From positions 1-64,000 of IMG/VR virus record IMGVR_UViG_3300028275_000006: DNA of 64,000 bases; one strand, given 5' to 3'. Positions 21,901-28,845 of the stretch are shown here, in pieces. Position numbers and translations under genes: made by a program. Every line of letters starts with the position of its first letter. The stretch's first letter is position 1. The notes under the pieces were generated by a model. The model was given only the letters and a program-made list of their open reading frames with translations, was not told the origin of the DNA and did no database searches.

Positions 21901-23991
21901 GCTATTAATACCATTGATGCAAACAAGGTTAGAGTTTTCTTAAACGGCACCGAACTAGCAATTTCAAGACAATTTACTTGGAAGTCATCTAGCAATCAGT
22001 TAACAATTAAGCGTGGAGTTGCTAAAGTTGGCGATAAAATTGCATTGGTAATTTTAGAAAATGCAGAATACTACATTGACGAAGACTCAACAGGTGCTCA
22101 ATTGCGCTTAGTAGATAGTTACTCGGTTAACGATAAATTTGCAGTTACTACATTTACTAATCACGATATTTTAGATATCGAACGTAATAGTGATTATATT
22201 ACATCTGCAAGTATTGTGACTGTAGGAACTACCGACTACTATAGATTAAATCAATTATTAGCAGGACGCATCCAACTTAGAAACCCTGCGTTGGGCGCAC
22301 AGTATATTTGGTTAGCATTGAACGGAGAATTGTTAACTCCTGAAATCGATTATATCTTAGAAGATAATTTAACTTATATTCAAATTGATAGAAACAGAGT
22401 GTTAACATCTACAGATGTAATAGACCTTATTGTATTCAGTAGCGATGTAACTACTGGTAGACCTTTTGGTTATAGAATATTCAAAGATATGTTAAACAGA
22501 ACAATCTATAAGAGATTAGATTCTGAAGCATCGGCAGTATTAGCACAGCCATTAAATTATTATGATACAACTATTGTGTTAGAAGATGCCAGCGGCTTAG
22601 TTGAACCATTGCGTAGTCAGAATCAAGCAGGTATTGTTCTAATTGATAAAGAGCGTATAGAATATCTTGAAAAAGATGGAAATACATTAAAATATCTACG
22701 CAGAGGTACACTAGGAACTGGAGTTCCTGAAGTGCATCCAGTAGGAACAGCAGTACTTGATGCAAGTACAAACCAAACTGTTCCTTATAAAGATGAAACA
22801 GAAACTGTTGTTTTAGTTGCTGGCGGATACTCACAGGCATCTGAAATATATGAAAACAGTTTTGGTATCAATGTTACTTCAGTCAAGTATAATTTTAACA
22901 ATACTACAGCGTTCCCATTAGGCGGACAAGTTGTGACTGTAAAAGGAACTGGATTCAAGGAAAACGTTGAAGTTGTTATCGGTGACCCTACACTAAAAAC
23001 AACATTTGTAGCCACAGAAGTTAATTCTGCCAATGAAATAATTGTTAGCAACATCGATAGATTATTTGTAGGCAAGGAAGTTGTATTCAGCGGCGCAGTT
23101 TTTGGCGGTATTGATTCTTCTATTTCTTATTATATTTTAACTTATGGACAGGATGTAGTTACAGAAGAATATTATATTACAGTTAGCGAAACAGTAAACG
23201 GCAGTCCGGTGTCATTATCAGTAAGTACTGGCGAAATGACCGGTTCTCATATGAGAGCTAAGTGCAACACTACTTATGTAAGTAGTACTGAATTGACATT
23301 TATCAGTCAAGCAGAAGTAGTTGGTGCGTACGATTTAGTAATAGTAAATCCGTCGTTTAGTGTTGGACCAGTTACAGTGGCACAAACTAGTTACGTAGCA
23401 CCAGCGGCTATAAAATATGTACAAATCTTGTTACCGTTTAGCCCAATAGTTAATACTATTACCACAAGAAACCCAGCAGAAACTGGTGAGTGGTATAAGG
23501 AAACTGCCGAAATTAGTGTGGCAAATATTCAAGTAGGAAGAGGTTATAAGATTAAAACCATTGGTACAACAGATTACATGAGTATCGGCGCAAGTTCTAA
23601 CACAATTGGTACAGAATTTATAGCAACAGCAGTGGGTTCAGGCACAGGTACAGTATTAGACTATACAAGTATTCCTTTAGAATACTGGGAAGGTTTGGAT
23701 ATTGAAGTGTTTGTAGCAGGCCGCCGCTTGCGTAAAAATCCAACATCAGTATGGGACGAAAGTTTAGGCCCAGATAGCCCAAGTGGTGACAAACAATTAC
23801 AAGCAGAATTTGCAGTAAACAAGAATGTGGGTGCTTATGTACGTTTAACAGAGCCTCCAACAAATGGCGCAAAAGTTATTGTACAGAAGAAAGTGGGTCA
23901 AGCGTGGGTAGCACAAGGTCAGAGCCTTGTTGATGCACAAACTGACCAAGCAAAATTCGTTCGTGCAAAGACTGCGAATTTGCCTCGATAA
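9907..23991 (+). CDS. giant 4694-aa virion baseplate/wedge protein (gp7-like position)
   Basis: Uninterrupted 14 kb ORF after gp6-like; beta-propeller-like repeats (FG..V.I/FG..L), Ig/IPT-like segments, repeated F.GDG motifs, coiled-coil insert. Confidence 0.7.
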   Translation: MAFTKDQKEPSLPIGTDTTRSAVNFLPRYFRTSTNQKFLNGTLDQLISVGNVDKINAYIGRKNSKAYVPSDNYVDEISVERSAYQLEPAIIVKDSLENVTFFSDYNDYINQLVYFNSSAVDHSKINSQEFYSWNPNIDWDKFVNYREYYWLPKGPQSIAVKGQSRSIISTYTVTTVSDVDNIAYVFSPDGLTRNPSLKLYRGQTYKFDINCPGNAIAFKTIRDMADSYIYTDGVISDTPYVEVGTITFTVPDDAPDLLYYVSANNINTSGFFKIYDIAENTFIDVEKEILGKKTYNIDGTTELSNGMKVYFIGNVTPAKYATDNWYVEGVGDKIRLIAEFDLQTPSSFALDSDIEFDTENFDTQGFDVNSNYPAEKDYITISRASRDRNHWSRYNRWFHRSVIEASATYNNQPVEIDQTARAKRPIIEFKPDLQLWNFGRQAKRSVDLVDLYTKDAFSTVEGSIGYNIDGVLLLEGMRVLFAADTDAIVNGRIFKIGFITHLGVKRITLLEETDTTPIDGETVLVTDGDNFKGKMFHYSSGAWVESQDKTAVNVAPLFDVVDVNATSFGDRTTYIGSSFIGSKVFSYQPGDTYDNILTQNISYRNIGNIGDIVFDFNLQKDSFTYQGEVELITRVLDRGYLRINDSLSDYRLVNGWVKSEFQTKQPVIRQINVQADLLNLFPIDVYAKSGMLDDLDVKVFVNNKKRTDYEIYRQNSIAYIQFTADLTVDDVVVIETMSSATKLDNIGYYKFPSNLESNPQNLSLEDLTLGQISNHLKTISENFVKFEGNIPGISNLRDLGNISGYGTQIVQHSGPLAPIMYSFTNKNVNIIKSLRYARDEYSKFKRNLIRTATTYGYDGITRTHLDLVLKEVTKDKTVESPFYLSDMVPFGVNFVYEQEVIDNSFTDYPLTFDFNLDEASSKAVMVYVNDDLLLHGRDYIFVNTSFVRILSAIQTGDILKIYQYDQTAGCCVPPTPTKLGLYPLFEPKIFVDNTYVTPTKVIQGHDGSITVAFSKPDEPNEFRDELLLELETRIYNNIKIRYNPELFNLDTLMTGYFRNADITVDELNSTLRQEFLNWTSLINDDYTKHSFFDRNEPFTYNYKSFADPQGNPLPGFWRGIYKYFYDTDRPHTHPWEMLGFSIKPKWWETTYGPAPYTKDNLLLWNDLAEGLVRAPGQLPTRNSLYARPELLKYVPVNASGELIDPLTVGLVSDFVSVFTEKEFTFGDQTPIETAWRRSSHYAFSLITALTLLRPAKMFALGFDRIRQYRDQTGQIVYKLPTGNLRFNTTNMVFPSTVKDSTRVFTSGLVNYLSDYGISKSFAILDNFKSDLTSLQVKISSKLAGFTTKEKFKLILDSRSPLNEGNVFIPQENYNIILNSSTPVTTINYSGVIIEKTTSGFVIKGYDKSIPEFKYKKALDTVSDPIINVGGISETYIDWNSNKFYSKGQIVKTDQNYFRVTVAHTSTTAFESKYFVKLPYLPIVGGRQIVIRRNFEKSVSTLHYGAELRTVQEVVDFLLGYGKYLTDAGFTFEYFNPNLKTVTDWQTSAKEFAFWTTQNWAEGSIITVSPAAEELIYRQDYAVVDSIYDPFYEYSLFKQDGVELEPSFTNSIRENNSFSLRPKNTADGLYHATLNLVQKEHVLILDDTTIFNDIIYDQVQGYRQERIKVVGYKISDWTGDFSIPGFVYDRAVVSEWTAWKDYALGETVKYKEFYYSARTNVPGTELFDDNNWYRLDGRPQSKLIPNWDYRATQFEDFYDLDTDSFDVDQQKFAQHLIGYQKRQYLENIINDDVSQYKFYQGMIQEKGTQNSLSKLFDALNYANTDSLEFFEEWAIRLGQYGASGGYEEVEYILNEEKFLINPQPIELVNAVPFGVNDFVYRITQDQVYLKPDDYTHEPFPVLASQKEYIRTAGYVNYEDVDYIISSKDEFANYNIKNLVEGTYFWLGFDNSSWNVYRFTNFAKSVKSVSEGTNLRITLNTKLPVDIEVGSYIGINNTNASLEGIKQVLDTGLNWFEITMPANLDTAAIAEINLFLNINLFKFTPQRLSSINDLNSLPVSAKKNNEIVWTDGVNNAWSVWKFAKTYTSTKITSEENYFGKVIAVDNTETVLAATSTNAVLFYSRPTSTFGWAFQDSIFPLSTETFTDTNGSFGDSLCFNADGSYLFVGAPRYGITSEPGALPTDPPIITEVDIGYVAQYTKNIYGSYEFTRVIQSATPTQFQYFGQKIQVNGNVLYIVSKGNGSSVPAAVSAYNLTTNTFLATLTLPTGISITDIDISSSNIVAISKNDESVLVVRLAGTAFTTVQEINVSDFTSLEVLETGSNFGTSVAITKDSTFVAVGVPGYSGVASNQGAVALFKLNASTYVADDFITSPLNQDSEKFGYRVRFNLDNDRLVIYSYGGSQTIETIIDSGETTFDLNVTTFIEEQEFTGSVRVYEKYDAKFLIGDELEPTAVSGINYGDAFVVARKIYINDQTSINGSFHEFSGSTKSWTKFREPEPSVNLSKIKSLFLYNTRTNSVVANLDFIDPITGKILGIAEQELTFKTYYDPAIYTVGVESVVVDLLMGWTTPHVGKLWWDLSTIKFANPLQGSIVYKANTWNNVYNDSTVDIYEWVESEYTPSEWDSLADTETGLALGISGTSKYGDLAYSIKQKYDTISKTFTNTYYFWVKNKTTVPDVTFRKTSASDVANLISNPKGQGIQYATLLGKNQFALVNCKGLITGKDVALNVRYWTVNNTENNIHAHYQLLAEGNTNKKLNKYVEQKWFDSLIGYDINGAEVPDPRLPAKLKYGILNKPRQGMFVNRLEALKQFIERVNSVLIQRAIIDDFDFTALNSKEEPPTELSGKYDIAIDSQSQIRFVGSTGFIQATAVPVVEAGKIVRVVVTNPGRGYKIAPEIIVNGAGTGVKLTAKINTIGEVTGVTVDNFGRDYLDSTTLYIRPFTILVNNDETAANKWSLYIWDSVKGDWFRSKTQIYDVTKHWDYADWYADGYSAFTKVDHLVDFSYEMSFIDIAVGDLVKIKNEKSGGWILLERINTLVTDNISLNYTTVGRQNGTIQFNSNLYKFTNSNIGFDSFTYDGDVYDDEPKEELRIILDVIKNNLLIDDLEVEYNKLFFASLRYVFSEQTFVDWAFKTSFVKSQHNLGELKQKVNYKNDNLASYEEYINEVKPYRTKVREFISNYTATDNTYTGTTDFDLPARYDTEEGKILPFDVKVNNSVITYNSSAILNAPYSDWLDHAGYRVTEIVVVDGGSGYQAAPAVEVVGVCKTKATAKAYISQGSVTKIAVETKGEGYLTTPTIVISGSVGASGVTAKATAILGEGVTRTNTIGVKFDRIIPEYQVSSITMSQTFDGTGSRTLFQLNWPIDIRTNKTAVTVSNEELLSSDFTVYNKKDTSLGYTRYIGILELSTAAEVGSSNITVTYTKDIRLLTAADRIQYYYSPITGQIGKDLGQLMSGVDYGGVEITGLGFEISSGWDGLPWFTAGWDDFDEDYTDFLVVSDGTTRSYNLPYIPADGEQINVYINGVRIDDINYDVYTSAETAYNTAAALLEVYTAEEIALQADKDAKEITVNSLTQELIDTQAVIADLQAQLEITSPSDPLYFALQTTLAENQAQETQLISDLTIAQGELDDAEALLTAKQVQVANKTLDVAAKLATLNATDEITNPDAQMQTFVGDGSTDTPIVIPAYVDVNSGDTIIFRKSTSDGSFRPNQQYLDSEISGGDFTYTTARGIRAEDINLDGDNFVTPTNSHAPEEVVTGQVVDSVAITVYHTVEDGTPIIVTRHYITTEPENEFLIGQRPNSTQAAVVKLNGLIKKQDVDYTLNYAMQKVVFPTNLPVGSEVVITSMSKNGTSILDSDSFTGDGVSVDFVTVARWDGDYSALVTVNGVPATVTTFVTDNTYSEVGNIGIRFATAPVNTAIIDYTIIGTALNTVSRVSTETVVYDGTSQVYSLTNTPANLRPFDNNVLVEYAGRILRPADTVYFDVVGTVRTYTVSTVDYAINTIDANKVRVFLNGTELAISRQFTWKSSSNQLTIKRGVAKVGDKIALVILENAEYYIDEDSTGAQLRLVDSYSVNDKFAVTTFTNHDILDIERNSDYITSASIVTVGTTDYYRLNQLLAGRIQLRNPALGAQYIWLALNGELLTPEIDYILEDNLTYIQIDRNRVLTSTDVIDLIVFSSDVTTGRPFGYRIFKDMLNRTIYKRLDSEASAVLAQPLNYYDTTIVLEDASGLVEPLRSQNQAGIVLIDKERIEYLEKDGNTLKYLRRGTLGTGVPEVHPVGTAVLDASTNQTVPYKDETETVVLVAGGYSQASEIYENSFGINVTSVKYNFNNTTAFPLGGQVVTVKGTGFKENVEVVIGDPTLKTTFVATEVNSANEIIVSNIDRLFVGKEVVFSGAVFGGIDSSISYYILTYGQDVVTEEYYITVSETVNGSPVSLSVSTGEMTGSHMRAKCNTTYVSSTELTFISQAEVVGAYDLVIVNPSFSVGPVTVAQTSYVAPAAIKYVQILLPFSPIVNTITTRNPAETGEWYKETAEISVANIQVGRGYKIKTIGTTDYMSIGASSNTIGTEFIATAVGSGTGTVLDYTSIPLEYWEGLDIEVFVAGRRLRKNPTSVWDESLGPDSPSGDKQLQAEFAVNKNVGAYVRLTEPPTNGAKVIVQKKVGQAWVAQGQSLVDAQTDQAKFVRAKTANLPR

Positions 23992-23994
23992 ATA
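23987..23994 (+). promoter_or_regulatory. late promoter GATAAATA
   Basis: Overlaps the giant gene's stop codon, 21 nt before the next ATG. Confidence 0.65.
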
Positions 23995-24015
23995 TAGAAT
24001 ACAGGTGATTTTAAC

Positions 24016-24630
24016 ATGACAACAAAACCAAACGAAAATTCAGGAATCCGAGTACAAGGACATATAAAAATATTTGATCCAACTACTAAGGAAGTCTTTA
24101 TTGATAAGAAAAACGCTATTCACTACGAAAATATGAGTATAGCCCTGGCAGAAAGTCTTGCAAACGCAGGCAAAGGGTTTATATATGAGATGGTGTTTGG
24201 CAATGGCGGCACTTCGGTGGACCCAACAGGAGTTATTACATACCTTACTCCTAACAGCACAGGGTCTAATGCCAGTTTATACAACGAAACATACACTAAA
24301 GTAGTTGATGATAGAAGCACAAATAATTTAGATCCAACTAGAAATAAGATAGAAACACGTCATGTTACTGGTACAAACTACACAGACATCTTAATCACTT
24401 GTTTATTAGACTACGGCGAGCCTAGCAATCAAGACGCATTTGACAACGCCACGTACACAGACGGCGAATATGTGTTTGATGAACTAGGTTTAAGAGGTTA
24501 CGATCCTGCTGGAACAGGTCGTTTACTAACACACGTTATCTTCCACCCTGTACAAAAGAGTTTAAACCGTTTAATTCAAATAGACTACACAGTTAGAGTA
24601 CAGAGCTTAACCGGTTTTAATGAGGCTTAA
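24016..24630 (+). CDS. virion structural protein, probable fibre-attachment/baseplate component
   Basis: Between wedge and fibres; FDELGL...LLTHVIFHPVQKS beta-rich pattern. Confidence 0.5.
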   Translation: MTTKPNENSGIRVQGHIKIFDPTTKEVFIDKKNAIHYENMSIALAESLANAGKGFIYEMVFGNGGTSVDPTGVITYLTPNSTGSNASLYNETYTKVVDDRSTNNLDPTRNKIETRHVTGTNYTDILITCLLDYGEPSNQDAFDNATYTDGEYVFDELGLRGYDPAGTGRLLTHVIFHPVQKSLNRLIQIDYTVRVQSLTGFNEA

Positions 24631-24632
24631 TT

Positions 24633-26945
24633 ATGTCATACCAAGTTAGATATACAGATTCAACAAATTTAGACAAACCAGCATTAACGGTAGAAGATAA
24701 TACCATTAATGATTCAACATCGTTACAATTTCCAGGTCGTAATGTTACTGGTTATGGCACAATTATTGCAGAAAACTTTTTACACTTATTAGAAAATTTT
24801 GCTAACGACAGCGCACCAACAAATCCAATAGAAGGACAATTATGGTACGATAATACTGCTGGTGTTAACCAACTAAAAGTGTGGGACGGTACTAGTTGGT
24901 CTAGTGCTGGCGGTTTAAAGAAAGGCAACGTTGAGCCAGAATTGGCAACTAGTTTACCAGGAGACCTATGGGTAAACACCGATACACAACAATTATACCT
25001 ATACACAGGTTCAGGTTGGATCTTAGTTGGTCCAAGATTTAGTGAAGGTGCTCGTACTGGTGCTGAACCAGAGTTTATCGAAGACACATTAAGCAACGCT
25101 CAGCCAGTGGTTTCTAACTATATTAATGGTGAGCGTGTTTGTATTATTAGTAAAACAGCGTTTACACCAAAAACTTTAATCACAGGCTTTCAAACAATCA
25201 AAGCAGGTGTTAATTTAAACTCTAACTACAATACATATTGGGGTACTGCTGAAAAGGCAGCGGCGCTGTTAGTAGGTACCACTACAGTTTCTGCATCAAA
25301 CTTCCTAAGAGGCGATGCAACTAGTAATACAACATTTCCAATCAACGTTAGAAATGCAGGCGGTATTGCAATCGGTGAAGATACTCAGTTAAATTTAGGT
25401 ATTGACGGTGCCGCAGGTGTAATTTTTCACAAAACATCTGGTAGTAACTTAGATATTCGTATGAACAACAACGGTGCTATCCGTACAGTTGTTCGTGTTG
25501 ACAGTTCAGAGCGTGTTGGTATTAATAATATTAACCCACAGACTGACTTAGATGTAGGCGGAGACTTTAACGCATCCGGTAACATTACCGCAGACGGTAG
25601 TGCTACATTTGGCGGCGGACTTACAGTAACAGGCGCATTAGATATTGCAGGTGATGTATCGTTTGGTACAGACAATACAAATACAGTAACAGTATCTGGT
25701 GTTATTTTACCAGACGTAAACTTAGGTGCAGATATTGGTACTGTAGATAAAAAGTTTCAAAGAATTTGGAGTTCACGCTTTGACGGTGAATTTTATGGAA
25801 ACGTGTTTGGTTCGTTAACTGGTAATGCCAGCGGATCGTCTACTAAACTAGCATCTCCAACAATCTTTGACTTAGACGGTGACATTACATCTAACGAAGT
25901 TGAATTTGATGGACAAACAGGTACTCCGACACTTAATACTCTAACAGCATCAGGTACAGGCACAGAAGCAACATTGACATTTGTGGCACAGACAGTTGCT
26001 CCGTATCCAACAGGATCTACTATTGTAGTATCTGGTGTTGCTCCAACAGGATATCGCGGAACTTACACAGTTACAGACGGTGGACTAGACTATGTTAAGT
26101 ATGCTAGTACACAAACTGGCCCACAAACATCGGCAGGTGCTGTTTCAAGATTTGGGTTATCAGGAAATAGAAAACGTTTTTACACACAATTAAGCGAAAC
26201 CTTTATTGCAGATAAACCAGAAGTTACAAGTATTCAAGAAGGTGATGAATTTGTTGTACAGCGTGGAGCAGAAGGTCTTAAAAAGATTACAAAACAAAGT
26301 CTGTGGACAGCAATACCTGTAACACCTTGCGGAGTAGTGCTACCATTTGCTGGTTTAGTTGCACCTACAGGATGGCTATTCTGCGACGGTTCAGAAGTAT
26401 TAATATCGAGCTACCCAGAATTGTTTGATATCATAGGATATCAGTTCGGCGACATTACTACATTATTAGGACTTGGTACTTTCAAACTTCCAGATATGCG
26501 AGGCAGAATGGCTCTTGCTATGGATAGTATGAATAATGGTATTACAGTTCCAAGCAAATTAGATCCAACACAGCAAATTAGCACAGGCGGCGGCGCCGCA
26601 AATAGAGTAACAGATGCAACTGCTGATATTGTTGGCCAAGGCGGCGGCGTTGAGAAGAAGTTAATTGACACTTCTGAAATACCAGATCACGTACACGATT
26701 TAATCGGCGACGATGAAAACAAATACTATGCGTTTAGAAACGTTCCAGGAGATCCAACTGATACTAATGCTATTAGCGGAGAAGGTTCTACTACTACAGC
26801 CCGAGGACAATACATGTCAGACTCTGGTGGCATTTTAGGATATCCAAAAACTGCTGGCGGCGAATCTATACAATCACAATTCAATGTTATGAATCCATAC
26901 TTAACATTGAACTACATTATTAATACTGGACGAAACGTACTATGA
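24633..26945 (+). CDS. tail fibre/pin protein with a C-terminal tail-collar domain
   Basis: PCGVVLPFAG..APTGWLFCDGS...YPELFDIIG...FKLPDMRGR collar motif; N-terminal module shared with the next two genes. Confidence 0.8.
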   Translation: MSYQVRYTDSTNLDKPALTVEDNTINDSTSLQFPGRNVTGYGTIIAENFLHLLENFANDSAPTNPIEGQLWYDNTAGVNQLKVWDGTSWSSAGGLKKGNVEPELATSLPGDLWVNTDTQQLYLYTGSGWILVGPRFSEGARTGAEPEFIEDTLSNAQPVVSNYINGERVCIISKTAFTPKTLITGFQTIKAGVNLNSNYNTYWGTAEKAAALLVGTTTVSASNFLRGDATSNTTFPINVRNAGGIAIGEDTQLNLGIDGAAGVIFHKTSGSNLDIRMNNNGAIRTVVRVDSSERVGINNINPQTDLDVGGDFNASGNITADGSATFGGGLTVTGALDIAGDVSFGTDNTNTVTVSGVILPDVNLGADIGTVDKKFQRIWSSRFDGEFYGNVFGSLTGNASGSSTKLASPTIFDLDGDITSNEVEFDGQTGTPTLNTLTASGTGTEATLTFVAQTVAPYPTGSTIVVSGVAPTGYRGTYTVTDGGLDYVKYASTQTGPQTSAGAVSRFGLSGNRKRFYTQLSETFIADKPEVTSIQEGDEFVVQRGAEGLKKITKQSLWTAIPVTPCGVVLPFAGLVAPTGWLFCDGSEVLISSYPELFDIIGYQFGDITTLLGLGTFKLPDMRGRMALAMDSMNNGITVPSKLDPTQQISTGGGAANRVTDATADIVGQGGGVEKKLIDTSEIPDHVHDLIGDDENKYYAFRNVPGDPTDTNAISGEGSTTTARGQYMSDSGGILGYPKTAGGESIQSQFNVMNPYLTLNYIINTGRNVL

Positions 26946-28789
26946 CATATAGAATTAACAAAACTGACGGCAATCAATTAACAGATATCCCAGACGGTAC
27001 GTTTGATACCAGCACAACATCACTAACGTTAATTGGTAAAAACGTTACAGCATTTGGAGAAGCATACAATGAGAACTTGGTAAAGTTGCTAGAAAACTTT
27101 GCTAGTTCTAGCGCACCAGAATCGGCATTAAAAGGGCAGTTGTGGTACGATACTGGTAGTGGAAGATTAAATGTATATGACGGCAGCGACTTTAGAGCAG
27201 CCGGTGGTCCTATTGTTAGTAACAGAGAACCAACTAATTTAGTTGCAGGAGATTTGTGGATCAACAATGAAACTAATCAGTTATGGTTTTATGATGGCAC
27301 TGACTTAACACTTGCTGGTCCTATATACAACAATATTCAAGGTACTACAGGATTTGTAGTAGAAACAGTACTGGACAACTTTAATAGAGGCCATACAGTT
27401 GCAAAATTATATGTGGCCAGCACTTTACTAGGGTTGTTTAGTAAAGATGCATTTACACCTGCACAGCCAATTGTTGGATATGCAGAAGGAATCAAAGATA
27501 TTCAAGTTGGATTTAATGCTGGTTCGTTAACAGACATGAAATTTGATGCTATTGTGACTCGTGCTGAAAATATTTTAACAGCAGTAGGTGATTTAAAATC
27601 AGCAGAACAAATTGTCTATAACGACGAAGATCAGGTTATTGTTGGTAGTTTAACACTACAATCAGATGCAGGGTTAATCATAGGTTCTTCAGAAGACGTT
27701 GATTTAAAAGTTGATGGCGGAAAATTTACCATTGAGCACAAACTTACAGGACAAGATATTGGTATTAAAATTAAATCACCAACAGGTACTATTGAAGCCA
27801 TTACTATAGATTCAGTGAATTCAAGAGTTGGTATTTTCCAAGAAATTCCAACATCGACTATGGACATCAACGGCAATTTAAAAGTTGCAGGGGACTTATT
27901 TGTTGGAGGAGATACTGTAACATTAAACACTACAGTACTTGAAGTTGAAGATAAAAACATAGTTTTAGGTAAAACACTTAGCACACCTACAGATTCGTCA
28001 GCCGATGGCGGTGGTATTATATTACAAGGAACTACTGATAAAAGTATCTTGTATGATTTAGCAACTGTAAGTTGGAGTTCTAATCTTAATTGGAATTTAA
28101 CAACAGGAAACTCTTATAGAGTTAACAATGTTTCTGTACTGTCTAACAATACCCTGGGCGCAGGTGTGTTATATTCTAGTTTACAAACATTAGGAGCACT
28201 ACAAACTCTTAACGTTGATGATGCTACCTATATCAATAATACAACTATTAGTACCTCTGCAAATAATTTAATTTTAAATCCTGCAGATAACGTTGCAATT
28301 AGCAGTAAAAGAATTGTTGACCTAGCAGATCCTGTAGATGAACAGGATGCGGCTACTAAAAATTATACAGATGCTCGTGTGTTTGACCGCGGTCTTTCTA
28401 TGAGCATGGACGTAACTGGATTATCAAACAACCAAATTGCTACAATTTTAGATACTATTGCTCCGTATTATGATCCAATAACAGCGCCAGAAGGTGTAGC
28501 CAAAGACGGTACTAGACTTCGTTTACATGCAACTACACTATCAGCGTCTTCAGGAAATATTACATACAGTCCTACAGTGGGCGTAGAGTTCCAGACTATT
28601 TTAGTTGATAAAGCAGGCGGTTCAGAAAATCAAGCAGTTGTAAGCGACCTAGCAGTAGGACAAACTATTACTGGTCCTAGCGTGTCAATTAGCGTAGTTA
28701 GACAGGATAAATTATTTGTTATGGGCGGTGGTTTAACACCTACTCCAGGACAATGGGGATTTGAGAGCGATATCAATGCACCTTATTAA
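26942..28789 (+). CDS. tail fibre protein (paralogue 2)
   Basis: Shared N-module (GKN...GE..NEN...LLENFA...GQLWYD); fibre repeat LADPVDEQDAATKNY. Confidence 0.7.
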   Translation: MTYRINKTDGNQLTDIPDGTFDTSTTSLTLIGKNVTAFGEAYNENLVKLLENFASSSAPESALKGQLWYDTGSGRLNVYDGSDFRAAGGPIVSNREPTNLVAGDLWINNETNQLWFYDGTDLTLAGPIYNNIQGTTGFVVETVLDNFNRGHTVAKLYVASTLLGLFSKDAFTPAQPIVGYAEGIKDIQVGFNAGSLTDMKFDAIVTRAENILTAVGDLKSAEQIVYNDEDQVIVGSLTLQSDAGLIIGSSEDVDLKVDGGKFTIEHKLTGQDIGIKIKSPTGTIEAITIDSVNSRVGIFQEIPTSTMDINGNLKVAGDLFVGGDTVTLNTTVLEVEDKNIVLGKTLSTPTDSSADGGGIILQGTTDKSILYDLATVSWSSNLNWNLTTGNSYRVNNVSVLSNNTLGAGVLYSSLQTLGALQTLNVDDATYINNTTISTSANNLILNPADNVAISSKRIVDLADPVDEQDAATKNYTDARVFDRGLSMSMDVTGLSNNQIATILDTIAPYYDPITAPEGVAKDGTRLRLHATTLSASSGNITYSPTVGVEFQTILVDKAGGSENQAVVSDLAVGQTITGPSVSISVVRQDKLFVMGGGLTPTPGQWGFESDINAPY

Positions 28790-28815
28790 GCACAGACTTC
28801 AAATAAGCAGGCAGC

Positions 28816-28823
28816 GATAAATA
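28816..28823 (+). promoter_or_regulatory. late promoter GATAAATA
   Basis: In the intergenic gap before fibre 3. Confidence 0.65.
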
Positions 28824-28845
28824 ACATATATTAGGGGTTATAAGA

